From the NCBI RefSeq assembly GCF_018350175.1, contig NC_058368.1, positions 11,718,001 through 11,782,000 on the forward strand: a stretch of DNA of 64,000 nucleotides. The letters are read 5' to 3'. Below, one piece after another: positions 12,321-25,510 of the stretch. Numbering within the stretch: position 1 is the first letter of the stretch; every line of letters begins with the position of its first letter. This DNA comes from Felis catus. Taxonomy: Eukaryota. Below the pieces are notes generated by a model. It did not search any database and was not told the DNA's origin. It saw nothing but the letters and a program-made list of their open reading frames with translations. The position numbers were made by a program, and so were the translations under genes.

Positions 12321-12859
12321 TCTACGAAAAACCACTCAGTAATTTTAAGTTCACGTTCTTCTATCCATGGAGACAATCACTGCAGCAGAGCCTTAAGTGC
12401 GTAACAGAAAATTATTTAGTATCGTAACTATGTTGTGTTTTGAGAAACAAAGGCCAATTACTGAATTGCCCGTTAAAAATCAATTTGTAACAAGCGCTTA
12501 GAACAGCACCTGTTGAAGAGTAAGTGTTGTGTCTGTTAAATTAGAAATAATTATTTTTTAAATGAACAATTTGGCAATCCTCAGCCAAGAGCCCCTTCTC
12601 TCTTTCCGCTACCACCCCACGCTCTCTGGGCCCGCTCCCTTCCCTGTATTCTTTCCTGCCACTACAAGTGAAACTGCTAATGTCTTCGTGTTTAAATAAA
12701 TCTTTCTGTTGTGATAATGTTTTAATTTATAAATATAATAGTTAAAATCATAGTCTGGAATATTTGCATTTAATTATTTAACAGCTTTATGATCAAGAGG
12801 GCTTATGCTTATGACCAAAGCAATCCATCCCCTTATAAACAATCTTCCTCAAATACAAA

Positions 12860-13461
12860 TTCCTACGTCGACCTTCGATGTTTCCTCGTAGTTAGATTCA
12901 AGTTATGCATTCTCTGCGAAAACAACCACTTAAGTGAAGTTGTGTCTGTCTCAGGATATTGTGTATGGAGGTTCAGGATGTCTGTCTGTCCACCATAAGT
13001 TGACATTAGTCTTTATCACCCTATCAAGGTGTTCTCCAGGTTCTCCACTATGTATCTTACCACTTGCAACTAATAGGCAGTCTATGAAGAGATACTTTGA
13101 CATCAAGCAAATGTCTTTCTCCGAATCAAACTCTACCTATGATTCAACCTCCACTGAAGATCCTTGCTGCAACTGATCTTTACAATGACGGTTACAAACT
13201 GTAGATTTTTTTACCCCTAACTCCTTCAAGCGCTCCACCTTTACTACAGGTGATTCTGCTTTTTATAAAGAAGAGCTCTCCTTGTTTACTATCAGCATGA
13301 ATTTATGCATTCCTTTTTGTTCAAGAAGTAATAATCCATTGCTGTCTTTTACTTATTTAATTAGCTAGTTAGTTATATTAGATAATTTTTAGGACAGTTC
13401 TGGATTCTTAGAAAAACTGAGTATAGATAGTACAAAGTTCCCATGTACTGTACCCTCCCAA

Positions 13462-13514
<53 letters not shown>

Positions 13515-16500
13515 CCACTATTATTAACCTCTTATATTACTATTATACATTGTTATAATTAGTGAATCAATATTGATACATTAACATTAGTTACAGTCCA
13601 TAGTTATTTAGATTTCTTTAGTTTTTACCTAATTCCCTTTCCTTTGCACAACCCCTTCCAAGACACCACATTACGTGCAGTTGGCATTTCTCCTTAGGCT
13701 CCTCTTGGCTGTGTGTCAGTTTCTCAGACTCTATTTGTTTTTGGTGACCTTGACAATTTTGAGGAAAACTGGTCAGGTATCTTGTAGGATGCCCTTCTGC
13801 TGGAATTTATCTGATGTTTTTCTCATGATTAGACTAGGGCATGGGGTTTTGAGGTAAAGTGTCACTTTCATCACATCATAACAGGGGTAAGACTACAAAC
13901 ATAATTTATGATCGTGTATGTTAAACTTGATCACTGCCTAAAGCAGCATTTACACATCTCTCTACAGTAAAATTAGTCTTTTTCCCCCTTTCCATAGTGT
14001 ACTCCTTGGAAGTCACTGTGCACAATGCACATTTCTGGTTGTTAACCTCCCTTTCCATTAGTGTATTTACATATTTTATTTGAACTTCTGCATGGGATAT
14101 TGTTCTCTTCTTCCCCATCCTTATTTATTTTGATACTCAAAGCATCAGATTTGGCTAGCTTCACCTGGCTCCCTTTGACCTGCATGTTGAGCACTTCCTT
14201 ACTTTTGTGGCACAATAATTTTCCAGGCTTGTTTTGTACATTTGTTACTCCTACCCTGGAATCAACAAATTCTCCAAAGCCTTGTTTTCTTTTGTGTTTT
14301 TTTTACTGGAAAATGGCATTTAGAAGCTAAGACCTTAGAACTAAGTGTGCTTATTGATACTGGGGTATTACTGCTTTTAGGCCCTCTCAGTAGGCAGAAG
14401 TGAGGAAGAAGGGAATAGATATATTTTTTTTTTCACTTGAGAAATCATGAATATTGATACTTACAATCCAATTCAATTCCTCAGTATTCCTTGTTGCCTT
14501 CCCCATTTCATATTTGTGTCTGCCTTTGTTAACAGTGAGATACTTGTTTTCTAACAGCAACAACACATTTATTACCCTCATCCTGTATTGCACATAAAAT
14601 AGTTTAAGAATTGTTACATTCAGGGGCACCTGGGTGGCTCAGTCAGTGGAGTGTCCGACTTCGGCTCAGGTCATGATCTCACAGCTCATGAGTTCGAGCC
14701 CCACATCAGGCTCTGTGCAGACAGCTCAGAGCCTGGAGTCTTTCCAATTCTGTGTCTCCCTCTCTCTCTGCCCTTCCCCTGCTCGTGCTCTGTCTCTCTC
14801 AAAAATAAATAAACATTAAAAAAATTTTTTTAAAGAATTGTTACATTCATATGATTACAAAAGCAAACCTACTAAATGGGGTTCAAGCCTTGTTTGTAGT
14901 TCTACCCTAGATTGAGAGTTGAAAGTAAAAATACTACGTGCAAAAATAATTTGGATTAGTTCTCTGACCTTATGCAATCCTACTTCAATAGGTAGTCATT
15001 TGAAATACACTTGAATTCACTTGCTTCTGTTTCTAGTTTTAGTTTGTTTTTTCTTCCATTATTGATCATTTCATTTTACTTTTAGAATATGTAGCATAAT
15101 ATGCTTCCAAAAATCTAACATACAAAACAATGTAATCAGAGAAATCTCACTCTCTTGTCTTGAACTCTTCTTCCTACTACCCTTTATATGTATACAATTT
15201 TATTGTTTTTTGATATATCCTTCCTGTGTTTCTTTTTGTAAAAATAAGTGGATAAATGTGTGTTTTCTTTCTTACTCCAAAGTGAAAGTACATATATGCT
15301 GTTTTGCATTTTGCTTTTTTTCAGTTAATAATATCTTCTGGAGATCACTTTGCATCAATTTATAGAGATCATCTTCATTCCTTTTTTTTTTTTTTTTTTT
15401 TTTTTACAGCTGCAATACTCCATTGTGTAATTATACTACAGTTATTCACTTAAAATCTGATGCTTGGATATTTAGGTAGTATCCAACATTTTGTAACTAC
15501 AAATAATGCTGCAATACTAACCCTGTGTTTTTATATTTTAAGAGGACTATCTTTATTTGTTTTTTTTTTTTTTAATGTTTATTTGTTTTTGAGAGAGACA
15601 GACAGAACATGAGTGGGGGAGGGGCAGAGAGAGAGGTAGACACAGAATCCAAAGGAGGCTCCAGGCTCTGAGCTGTCAGCACAGAGCCTGATGTGGGGCT
15701 CAAACTCATAAACCGTGAGATCGTGACCTGAGTTGAAGGCAGACGCTTAACTAACTGAGCCACCCAGGAGCCCCTAAGAGGACTATCTTTAGAGTAAATT
15801 CCCAAAAGTGGGATTGCTGGATCAGAAGGTAATTCCATATGTACTGCATATTGGCAAATTTTCTTCCATAGAGATTATATCATTTTGCATGCCCACCAGC
15901 AATTTATGAAAATGCCAATTTACCTGAACTTTTGCCAACATAATGAGTGAGAAATTGTATGTCAGTATAGTTTTAATTTACATTTACATTACTTATTGTA
16001 AGTTAGGGAGATTTTTATGTCTTTTCTGTGGATTTTTTTTACCTTTGGCACATGTTTTATTTGATTTTTTTAGTCTTTTTAAACTCAATTTAAAATAGTT
16101 AGGGATATTGGCCCTTTATATGGCATATTTCTTGCAACAGTTTCTTCGAATTTATGTGTCTCTTCGTATGTGCTTTGGGTTTTTTTTCCCCCTCATGTAA
16201 AAATTTTTATTTTTTTGGCAAAACTCATTCCTTTATTGCATCTGGACTTTAAGTCATCGCCAGAGAGCCTTTACAAACATGCAGGGTAATAGGAATTGTT
16301 TTATGCCTTCTGCTAGATCTCCAATCCACTTGGAGTTTATACTTACATATGGTATAGGAAATGAGTTTCTAATTTTCCCAAACATGATTTATTAAACAGT
16401 CCATCTTTGCCTCAGCAGTTTGAGATACCACTTTTATCATATATTAAATGTCCACATAAGCCTGAATTTTCTGTTTTATTCAATTAGTCTTTCTGTCTAC

Positions 16501-17740
16501 TCATGTACTAGTACTACACTTTTAATTGTATCGTGTAGGGCTTATCCACCCCACTCCCCAATAGCTCTTACTTTTTAGAAATTTCCTAGCTATTCTGAAA
16601 TAGTTCTGAGAAAAAGGTCTTTGGCACTTTTTAAGTTGGGATTGTACTTTATTCATAAATCAGCTTAAAGAAGAACTGATGTATGAGTAATATTGACACA
16701 TCCTGAGAATAGAAAGATATTTGATATTTGAACAAATAGAAAGATATTTGTTCAAGTCAGTTTTTGTGTCAGAATATTTATAGTTTCCTTCACATAGGTT
16801 TTGAACATTTTATTAGGTTTATTCCCAAGTATTTTATCTTTTTAGTTACTATTGTAAATGATACATTCTTTTTTCTTTCATGAGATTGCCTAACTGGTTG
16901 TGTAAGTTAAGGCTGTTATTTTTCATATTAACTTCCTATCTTCCTACCTTACTGAATTATTTTGTTTGTTTGTTTGAGGTAGTTTAGTATTGATTCCTAG
17001 GGCTTAACAGGTATAAGATGTCATCTGTAAACAGAGATAGTTATTTTCTTCTTGTTGTTCAATTATATCTCTGGGGCATCTGAGTGGCTCAGTCAGTTAA
17101 GTGTCTGACTTCCGCTCAGGTCATGATCTCACGGTTTGTGAGTTCGAGCCCCGCGTCGAGCTCTGTGCTGACAGCTCAGAGCCTGGAGTCTACTTTGGGT
17201 TCTGTGTCTCCCTCTCTCTCTGCCTCTCACCTGCTCCCGCTGTCTCTCTCTCTCTTTCTCTCAAAAATAAATATTAAAAAAATTTAATTATTATATCTCT
17301 AATTGATTTCTCTTGTCTAATTATATTGGCTCATACTTCTAGCACAATATAGTAATGGAGATAGTGATCATCTTTGCTTTGTTCCTGACTTAAGTGTAAA
17401 CGTCTTTAATGTTTCTTCATTAAATTATAGAAAGTATTTAGAAAATATCCATCCATTTCTATTTTCTCAGGAGTTTTAGGAATGAGTGTTGAATTTAAAT
17501 AGTGTTTTTCAACAACTAGACATACTCATATGGTGAATTAAATTAATATTTCCTAATACTAAACTATACTTTCATACTCGATATAAGTCCTACCTGGTCA
17601 CAATATACTGTTTTCTTAATGTAGTACTAGAAATTATTCACTATATTTTCTCTAGGATTTTTGCACTGGTATTTTTAAGGGATGTGGGTTTGCAATTTTT
17701 GGGGTCTTTTCATAATCAGGTTTAGGTATCAGAGACTAGT
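12860..17740 (-). mobile_element. Old L1 (L1MC/ME-type) fragments with CAN-SINE insertions (14623-14833 +, 15561-15774 -, 17073-17285 +)
   Basis: T-rich antisense L1 motifs, e.g. L1MC-like 3' end at about 13385-13990 and GGGATTGCTGGATCA at about 15810. Confidence 0.65.
13463..13510. repeat. (CA)n microsatellite, about 24 units
   Basis: Direct reading. Confidence 0.97.
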
Positions 17741-17770
17741 CACTGATGGAAAAATTAGAAACAAAATAGT

Positions 17771-18115
17771 TGGGATGCCTGGTTGGCTCAGTCAGTAAAG
17801 CATTCAACTTTTTTTTTTTTATTTTTTTTTGTTAATGTTTTTATTTATTTTTGAGACAGAAAGAGGCAGAGCATGAGCAGGGGAGGGGCAGAGAGAGAGG
17901 GAGACACAGAATCAGAAGCAGGCTCCAGGCTCTGAGCTGTCAGCCCAGAGCCCGACGCGGGGCTCCAACTCACAGACTGTGAGATCATGACCTGAGCGGA
18001 AGTCGGACGCTTAACTGACCAAGCCACCCAGGCGCCCCTAGAGCATTCAACTCTTGATCTCAGGGTCATGAGTTTGAGTTCCACATTGGGTGTGGAATCT
18101 ATTAAAAAAAAAAAA
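17771..18115. mobile_element. Nested SINEs: an older plus-strand CAN-SINE split by a minus-strand SINE (about 17809-18038)
   Basis: TSD AGCATTCAACT on both sides of the inner copy; the outer copy resumes with CTTGATCTCAGGGTCATGAG. Confidence 0.9.
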
Positions 18116-19477
18116 TAGTTAAGAGTTCCACTGGGAAAGTCCCCTTTGATCTTCTTTCTCTGAACATCCTTTAATAAGCTTTATTTTTTCTTGTCTTCAC
18201 GTTCTTTGTTCTTGTGGGCCTTCAACTTTCTAATATTCTTGTGAATAAGGACTACCGGTGGTATGCACCATCTTTGAACTTTTGTATATAGCAATAAAAA
18301 ACATCTTACCCACTAGAATGCTTCCTATGGTATACATTGGTTTAGGGCCCTCTTGTTTTCTTCCTCCTTTAAGTAATTCTTGTTTGCAAAATGAGAGTTT
18401 ACTTTGGAGCCATTTTTTTTTTTTTTTTTTTTTTTGGTCACATATATAGTGCTTATTTTGTTTAGCCTTTCCATCCCTGGCTGTTACAAACTCAGAATTG
18501 ATAGCATCATTTTTTCCTGGTTTCTCATCACATTCTGGTGATATCTGCAGTGGTTCCCTTGGTTGTACCTTTATAATTTTAGCCCCATGACTTAAGCCCA
18601 TATCATTTCTTCCAGTCGCTGTTCTATCCTGATTGATCTTAAGAATGGACCGTGCCAGTTTGGCCATTCACAATTACTAAGCTCTTTTTCTGCCATAAGT
18701 AGCCATCAATATCTAGAGGTAGAGGAGGTTGTATGGCTCCTTGCCACAACTTTTCAGGTTGTAAAGAAAGCAAATCCCAGATTAAATTCTGCTACATATA
18801 CACCCATTTATTAGCAAATGGCTACAAAACAAAGTAGCAGCAATTATAAATCTGGTTTGCAAGCTCAGTGAAGTCCTGACTTTGTCCTAAATGTGTTAAC
18901 CACAATTTGCATGGAGGTTTCATTGAAACCAACAGCAATAGAGAAAAATTCAGTTACTTTATACATGGCAGGCAATAGGAATCCTCCAAATTGGTGGCTG
19001 AACACAAACTTTTTCAAAATAAAACTTCATTCCACTCCAAAACATACCCTGTTAGTGCAAGGGTGATGATTGTTTCTATATTCCAACACATCTATCTTTC
19101 TATGTATCTACACATGTATCTTGAACATCACTAATTTTATCAACAAAAATCTGTTTCTAACATCAGATAGGCATTGGTCAGAGGTGACTAGAGCTAAAGT
19201 GGATGTAGTAGTCATCTCTGGAACATGGTCTTAAATGGGAGCTAACCATCCCTGAAATATATATTTCTGATTAGGGTACAGACCACCCTTAGGGTATAGA
19301 TTTCAGCTAACACACACACTTTGATATCATATTGTTTATACTAAAGTACTTAAAAATAAACTACAGGCAACTTATAACAAAATATAAGCCAAGCCTCAGT
19401 TCGTTTGGCCTGCCTGTCTGATTTGTATTGCCCTGCTCCCAAAATGACACTAGAAGACATTTTGTAAATAAAAAAAT

Positions 19478-19700
19478 GGGGGCGCCTGGGTGACTCAGTT
19501 GGTTGAGCGTCTGACTTCAGCTCAGGTCATGATCTCATGGTTCATGAGTTTGAGCCTGAGTCAGGCTCTGTGCTGACAGCTCAGAGCCTGGAGCCTGTTT
19601 CAGATTCTGTATCCCCCTTTCTCTCTGACCCTCCCCTACTTGTACTCCGTCTCTCTGTCTCCCTCTCAAAAATAAACATTGAAAAAAAGAAACAAAACAA
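19478..19700 (+). mobile_element. CAN-SINE
   Basis: GGGGCGCCTGGG head, CT tract, A tail. Confidence 0.92.
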
Positions 19701-20171
19701 TGCTTTTATTTAACTTATTGTGTTCAGTGCACTTGTCCCTGAAAGTGACAGTGTGAGTAATCCTAAACAGAGAAGCAAGGGAGAGCATTTTTCCTTAGCA
19801 GTGGTTACAGCAAGGAAGGTGGTAACGATACAGGTGTAATGAGGCCGCCGCAGGGGGCCAGCTGGCTTCCCAAGTTGGTCCAGGCCTTGGAATACCCACC
19901 ATTAGATCTTCTAACAAGTATGTTCTCTGGTGATGGGCATTATTACCCCCACTCATCTTTCAGTCTGTATTCACAGAAAGCCAAACTTTACAATTGATAT
20001 AGCATACCAGACTTCACACAAATAAAATGATGCAAAGAAATGGAAGAAGAAATAAGCAATTCTTTTCAATGAACCCTGAGAAAGCTCTTCTTAAAACCAT
20101 CTTTCTACAAAGCCATGTAAATTTTTATCCTATTCATAAAGAAAGTCTGCATTTGATAATTTTTGTATCTA

Positions 20172-20380
20172 GGGGCGCCCGGATGGTTTAATTGGTTAAG
20201 CGTCCCACTACGGCTCAGATCATGATTTAACAGTTCGTGAGTTCAAGCCCCACATGGGTCTCCACACTGACAGTGTGGAGCTTGCTTGGGATTCTCCCTC
20301 TCTCCCTCTCTGCCTGCCCCCCTCCATGCTCTCAATTCCTCTCTCTCTCAAATATAGAAATAAACTGGAAAAAAAAAAGA
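20172..20380 (+). mobile_element. CAN-SINE
   Basis: Head and tail; imperfect TSD GATAATTT(T/C)TGTATCTAG. Confidence 0.9.
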
Positions 20381-21764
20381 TAATTTCTGTATCTAGAACA
20401 GTAAATTTCATGGGATTGGGTAAAAAAAAAGGTAATAAAATATATCATACTTTTATGTCATGGAATGTAATTAATTCCCACAAATGTTTATGGATCTGGA
20501 CATGGAGCCTTTATGTTTCTAATCAGGAGTTGCAGAAATAACTTCTTTCTTGGCTGTGTAGTACCAAGGTCATTGGAAATTATACCTTGTAGGCAGTTTT
20601 CCAGACAACTAGTCAATATATTTGCTTTTTTTTTTTTTTAATATACAGCTTCAGTAAAACCATGACTTTCATGGTTTCACTAGTTTTCCATCAGTGATGT
20701 GATACATTGATTTTTCCATTATAAATATTTGTAGTTACCGTGCAGTAAAATTTATTTTTAAAAAATAATGACATTTCATTACGTACAGATGATGTTTATT
20801 ATTTTTAGAACCTAAAAATGCAGAAGCTGAATTTATTTTTAACTCGATCATTGTTTAAGACTGCTGAGAGGAGAGTGATTGGGGGATGGTTTATTAAAGT
20901 TTTTCCTATTAAAGATTTTCCCCTCTATTTTATTAAAGTGATGCATTGTTATCACAGAAAATGCAGAAATACAAAAAGGATAAAGAAGTTATATTATTTG
21001 GTGTTAGCCATAAGTACCAATTCTGACCAGATTAAGCAGAAGGAAATTTAGGGGAAAGATATCAAAGATGTCAGAAAACCCAGGATCAGCTGGGGACCCA
21101 GCATGGAAATGGATGAATGGATGCAAGGGTTTTTAGGAATAGCTCACTAGGAGAACCATGGCAGCAGGAAGTATATCTGCAGAAAAGTCTTGCCAGCACT
21201 GCGGTGAACATTGCTTGCCATGAATTTTTGACCGTCATACTCTTTTGACATTAGTTCAAAATTCAGAATCTCAGGAGAAACATATGATTATCCAAATCCT
21301 AGGTCATGTGCCCATACACTGACTGTACCAGAAGAGGGAAAATGGAAGTCTGGCCCCTTCAACTCTCCTTGCAGCTCTTCCTGCCTCCAAGACCATGTAC
21401 AATGTGGTATTATCTGCTAGGTTGCTGGCTATCCTATTAGGAAGTCTGGGGTTGGATACTACACAGCCAAAAAATGACAAAAATCACCTAGAAGAAACAT
21501 TTTGGTATCTATCCCTTTAGGTTTTTAAATGCATTTTTCTTCCGTTTACATAACTTGGATCACAGAATCAGAATACAATTTTTAAAAATCCTACTTCTTT
21601 TAATTACCAACATAGCATGAGCACATTTTCCTATTACTAAAATGTTTACAGTCATTGATAATGGTCAAATAATTATCCATAACACATACAATAGTGTACT
21701 TAAATATTTTCCTACTGTTGGAAATTGAGATTGTTTCTAAGGGTAAAATATTCTATAATACAAG

Positions 21765-21981
21765 ACAGGAACAGCACACTTGGCTCCTGTAAGGGTCTAA
21801 ACTTGCCCCATGAGTATTCCCATATCCAAGGAGCATGATGTTAAATGGCAAATAAAAGCCACCAAGATAGGAAAAAAGTTTTGTATCTTTGGGCCTTTAA
21901 TGGTACCTTTTTGCTGTATTTTGAACAAGAGATCTGCATTTTCATTTTACACTGGGACCTACACATTATTAGCCAGTCCTG
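21765..21981 (+). mobile_element. MER45-type hAT-Tip100 element
   Basis: 3' end TTTTGAACAAG...CATTTTCATTTTACACTGGG...AGCCAGTCCTG. Confidence 0.65.
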
Positions 21982-22059
21982 ACTGAATTCCAAATACTTT
22001 GACCCAAATTGGAGCCAAACCTTCCAGATTTCTCTCACTCCTTCCACATCCCCAAACAT

Positions 22060-22360
22060 GCAATTTATTCATCAGCATTCATCCTCCAGTCTATGCTAAA
22101 ATTGTTACCTCCTCATAAAGACTGTTATACTATGTTTCTTTGTTATTCTTTATCACAGCGTGTCCTTTAGTGTTTTTATTGCACAAATTACAATATGTAA
22201 TTATTTATTTGTTTACTTGTTCATTGTCTGTCTCCCCTAATGAAATGTAATCCCCATGAGGAAAATGGCTTGGTCTGTCTTGTTCACTGCTTCATCTCTA
22301 GCAACTGGCACATTGCCTGGAACATAACAGATGCTCAATAAATATTTGTTGAGTGAGTGA
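22060..22360 (+). mobile_element. L2 3' end
   Basis: TCTTGTTCACTGC...GCCTGGAACATAACAGATGCTCAATAAATATTTGTTGAGTGAGTGAA. Confidence 0.8.
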
Positions 22361-22759
22361 AACATGGGGCATTATCTCATCAGTTACCAAGGAAGTTGAC
22401 AGGAAGACTAAAAAGTTATTTGGGATGTCACAAGAAATACTACACCTTTTAAAAAAGGCCAAATGACCAGAGAATTGAAAGAAGATAGACTTGATTATGT
22501 GAAACAGTGAGCAAGTCAAATCAGGAAATATTTATAAAAGGTCTGCTCTGTTCAAATCATGAGGTCACATGGTATTTCACTCTGGGGTCTTATAATCTAG
22601 ACAGGAAGAAGGAAAATTAACATAAAAATAGGAAATAGAAATACAGTGTAGTAGAGCAACATTTTTTAAAAAGTAAACTCTATACTCAATGTGGAGGTTG
22701 AACTCATGACCTTGAGTTGCATGCCCTACTGACTGAGCCAGGCACCCCATGGAACAACA

Positions 22760-23473
22760 TCTTTAAATTAAAGAAAAAATGGTCAATTAGAATTCTATAC
22801 CTAGTGAAACTATATTTCAAAAACAAAGGTAAAATACTTTTCCAGTTATATAGATACTGAACAAATTTATCACTGGTGGTGCTGAAACAATTGGATATCC
22901 ATATTTTTTAAAAAATATCCATATTTCTTTAAAAAGGGTAAAATAATTAAGATTTTAAAAAGGGTAAAAGAACTAAGATCTATGATTTCCACCATATACA
23001 AAAATAGCACAAAATGTATTATAAGCCTTTAAAAAAATCTCCAAAATATAAAACTTCTCAAAAAAAAAGATTATTTTTTACTTTAGTTTAGCCAGATTTC
23101 TTAGATTCAACATCAAAACCATGGTCCATAAGAGAAAACAACAGAAATTGTTGACAAACAGTAATTGTCATCGAAATTAAGAACTTGTATTCTTTGAAAG
23201 GTACTATTAACAGAATAAAAAGATAAGTCATAGACTGGCACAAAATGTTCACAAACCACATATCTGCTAGGGGATGTGTATCCAGAATATAAAGGACTCT
23301 CTAGGTGCGCCTGGGTGGCTCACTCAGTTGGGTGACCAACTTTTGATTTCAGCTCAGGTCTTAATCTCACAGTTCATGGGATTGAGCCCCGCATCAGGCT
23401 CCTCACTGACAGTGTGGCAGGCACCTGCTTGGGATTCTCTCTCTCCCTCTCTCTGCCCCTAGCATGCTTGCAT

Positions 23474-23510
<37 letters not shown>

Positions 23511-23689
23511 ATAAATAAATAAATATTTAAAAAAGAACTCTCTAAAACCCAAAATAATAAAACCTAATTTTTTTAAATGGGAAAAATTTGAGTAAACATT
23601 TCACCAAAAAGTATAAAGAGATGGCAATTAAGCACACAAAAAAATGCTCAACATCATCAGTCATAAGAAAAGTGAAAATTAAAGCAATT

Positions 23690-23731
<42 letters not shown>

Positions 23732-24440
23732 TTGTTAAAAATGTCCAAAATTTAAGATCGACCATAACAATATTGGCAAGGCATACAGCATATGGAATTC
23801 TCATACATTGCTGGTGGATACAAAATGGCACACCACTTGGAAAACAGTTTGGTAATTCCTTCGAAGTTAAATATCCACCATCATATGATCCAACCGTCCC
23901 AATCTTAGGTATTTATCCAGGAGAAATGAAAAAATGTTTGTAACAACTCTATCTGTAATAGCCCCAAATTGGAAACAATGTATATTGGAAAATACCCATC
24001 AACAAGTTGATAGATAAGTAAATTAACATGCCATACGATGGAAGAATATTCAGCACACACACACAAAAAAAGACTATTGATACATATAAAACATGGATGA
24101 CTCTCAAAATAATATTAAGTGAAAGAAGCCAGGCAAAAAAAAGAGTACATACAGTACAGTATGATTCCCTTCATCTAGAGTTCTAGAAAATATAAGCTGA
24201 TATATAGTGGCAAAAAGCAAATCAACACTTGCCTAGGAATGATGGGAGGGTAAGATGGGTTAGGAATTGGAGGGTAATAGGGAAGGACTGAAAAGGGGCC
24301 CAAATACCTTTGGGAGTAGTGGATACATTCTTTATCCTGCTTGTGTTGTTAGTTTCATGGATGAGGTTGTCAAAACACAAATTGCACACTTCATATATGA
24401 GCATTTTATTGTATAGTTTTTTAACTGTAATCAATCTTGT
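22760..24440 (+). mobile_element. Old L1 (ORF2 C-terminal/3' UTR remnant) with a SINE (23303-23535) and a (CA)n tract (about 23691-23730)
   Basis: L1 motifs such as CATACATTGCTGGTGG...CACTTGGAAAACAGTTTGG and AAGTGAAAGAAGCCAG. Confidence 0.75.
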
Positions 24441-24527
24441 TCGCATTATGTGTTCCAAAAAATTTCTCAAAATGTCTGGTTAGTTGTGGCATCCTCTTGG
24501 CTTCCATTTTAAACTAGAAACATTTTA

Positions 24528-24740
24528 GGGATGCCTAGATGACTCAGTTGGCTAAGCATCTGATTCTTGATTTTGGCTCAGGTCATGATCTCACAGTTTG
24601 TGAGTTTGAACTCCACATCAGGCTCAGTGCTGACCGTGCAGAGCCTGCTTGAGATTCTCTCTCTCCCAATCTCTCTGCCTCTCCCTCACTCTCTCTCTCT
24701 CACTCTCTCCCAAAATAAATTAATAAACATTAAAAAAATT
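24528..24740 (+). mobile_element. CAN-SINE
   Basis: TSD TTAAACTAGAAACA-like on both sides. Confidence 0.88.
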
Positions 24741-25285
24741 AAACTAGAAACACTTTAGACCAGCTACACTCTGGTTTTTATATTCAACTAAGCCATAGAT
24801 ATTCCAATGCAGGATACTCTACAGAAACTAAAATCTTTACCAAATGATACAAAGATAAAGGTTAAACAATTAGAAACCCATTTATAAACATAAGCTTGTA
24901 TATAATTTACACTTTAAAAGTGTTGGGCTCCCAGCCCTCTCTCCTATCTCAAATTTTGCTGCTCTCTTGTGCCTCCTACATCTATATTTACCTTCCCTGG
25001 TCCCTTCGGGAAGTGTTTCTGTGCTGCCTTGATGTGTCCCCTCAATAAGATGTTACCAGTGCCTCTGCTTTGTTTCACTCTAGGGTTCTTGCCCTCATTT
25101 ACTTTCTCGAAACATGCCAATGCAGCGACCACCATATCCTCCTGAACAAGCATTTTCTTCATTTCCTGTGGTTAGAGGGAAGGGATAGAGGGCTAGGCCA
25201 CTACACATCACGCAAGGTGATGTGTCATGCCTTATGTGTCATCAGGCAAGGTGTCATGCCTTAGACCTAAAGACAAGGAGGTCTC

Positions 25286-25510
25286 GGGGCGCCTGGGTGG
25301 CGCAGTCGGTTGAGCGTCCGACTTCAGCCAGGTCACGATCTCGCGGTCCGGGAGTTCGAGCCCCATGTCAGGCTCTGGGCTGATGGCTCGGAGCCTGGAG
25401 CCTGTTTCCGATTCTGTGTTTCCCTCTCTCTCTGCCCCTCCCCCGTTCATGCTCTGTCTCTCTCTGTCCCAAAAAAAAAAAAAAAAAAAAAAGTTGAAAA
25501 AAAAAAAAAA
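25286..25510 (+). mobile_element. Young felid CAN-SINE with long A tail
   Basis: CpG-rich body; TSD AAAGACAAGGAGGTCTC. Confidence 0.95.

Noticed and set aside
19843..19863. CTCF-like GCCGCAGGGGGCCAG
   Set aside because: Several mismatches at informative positions
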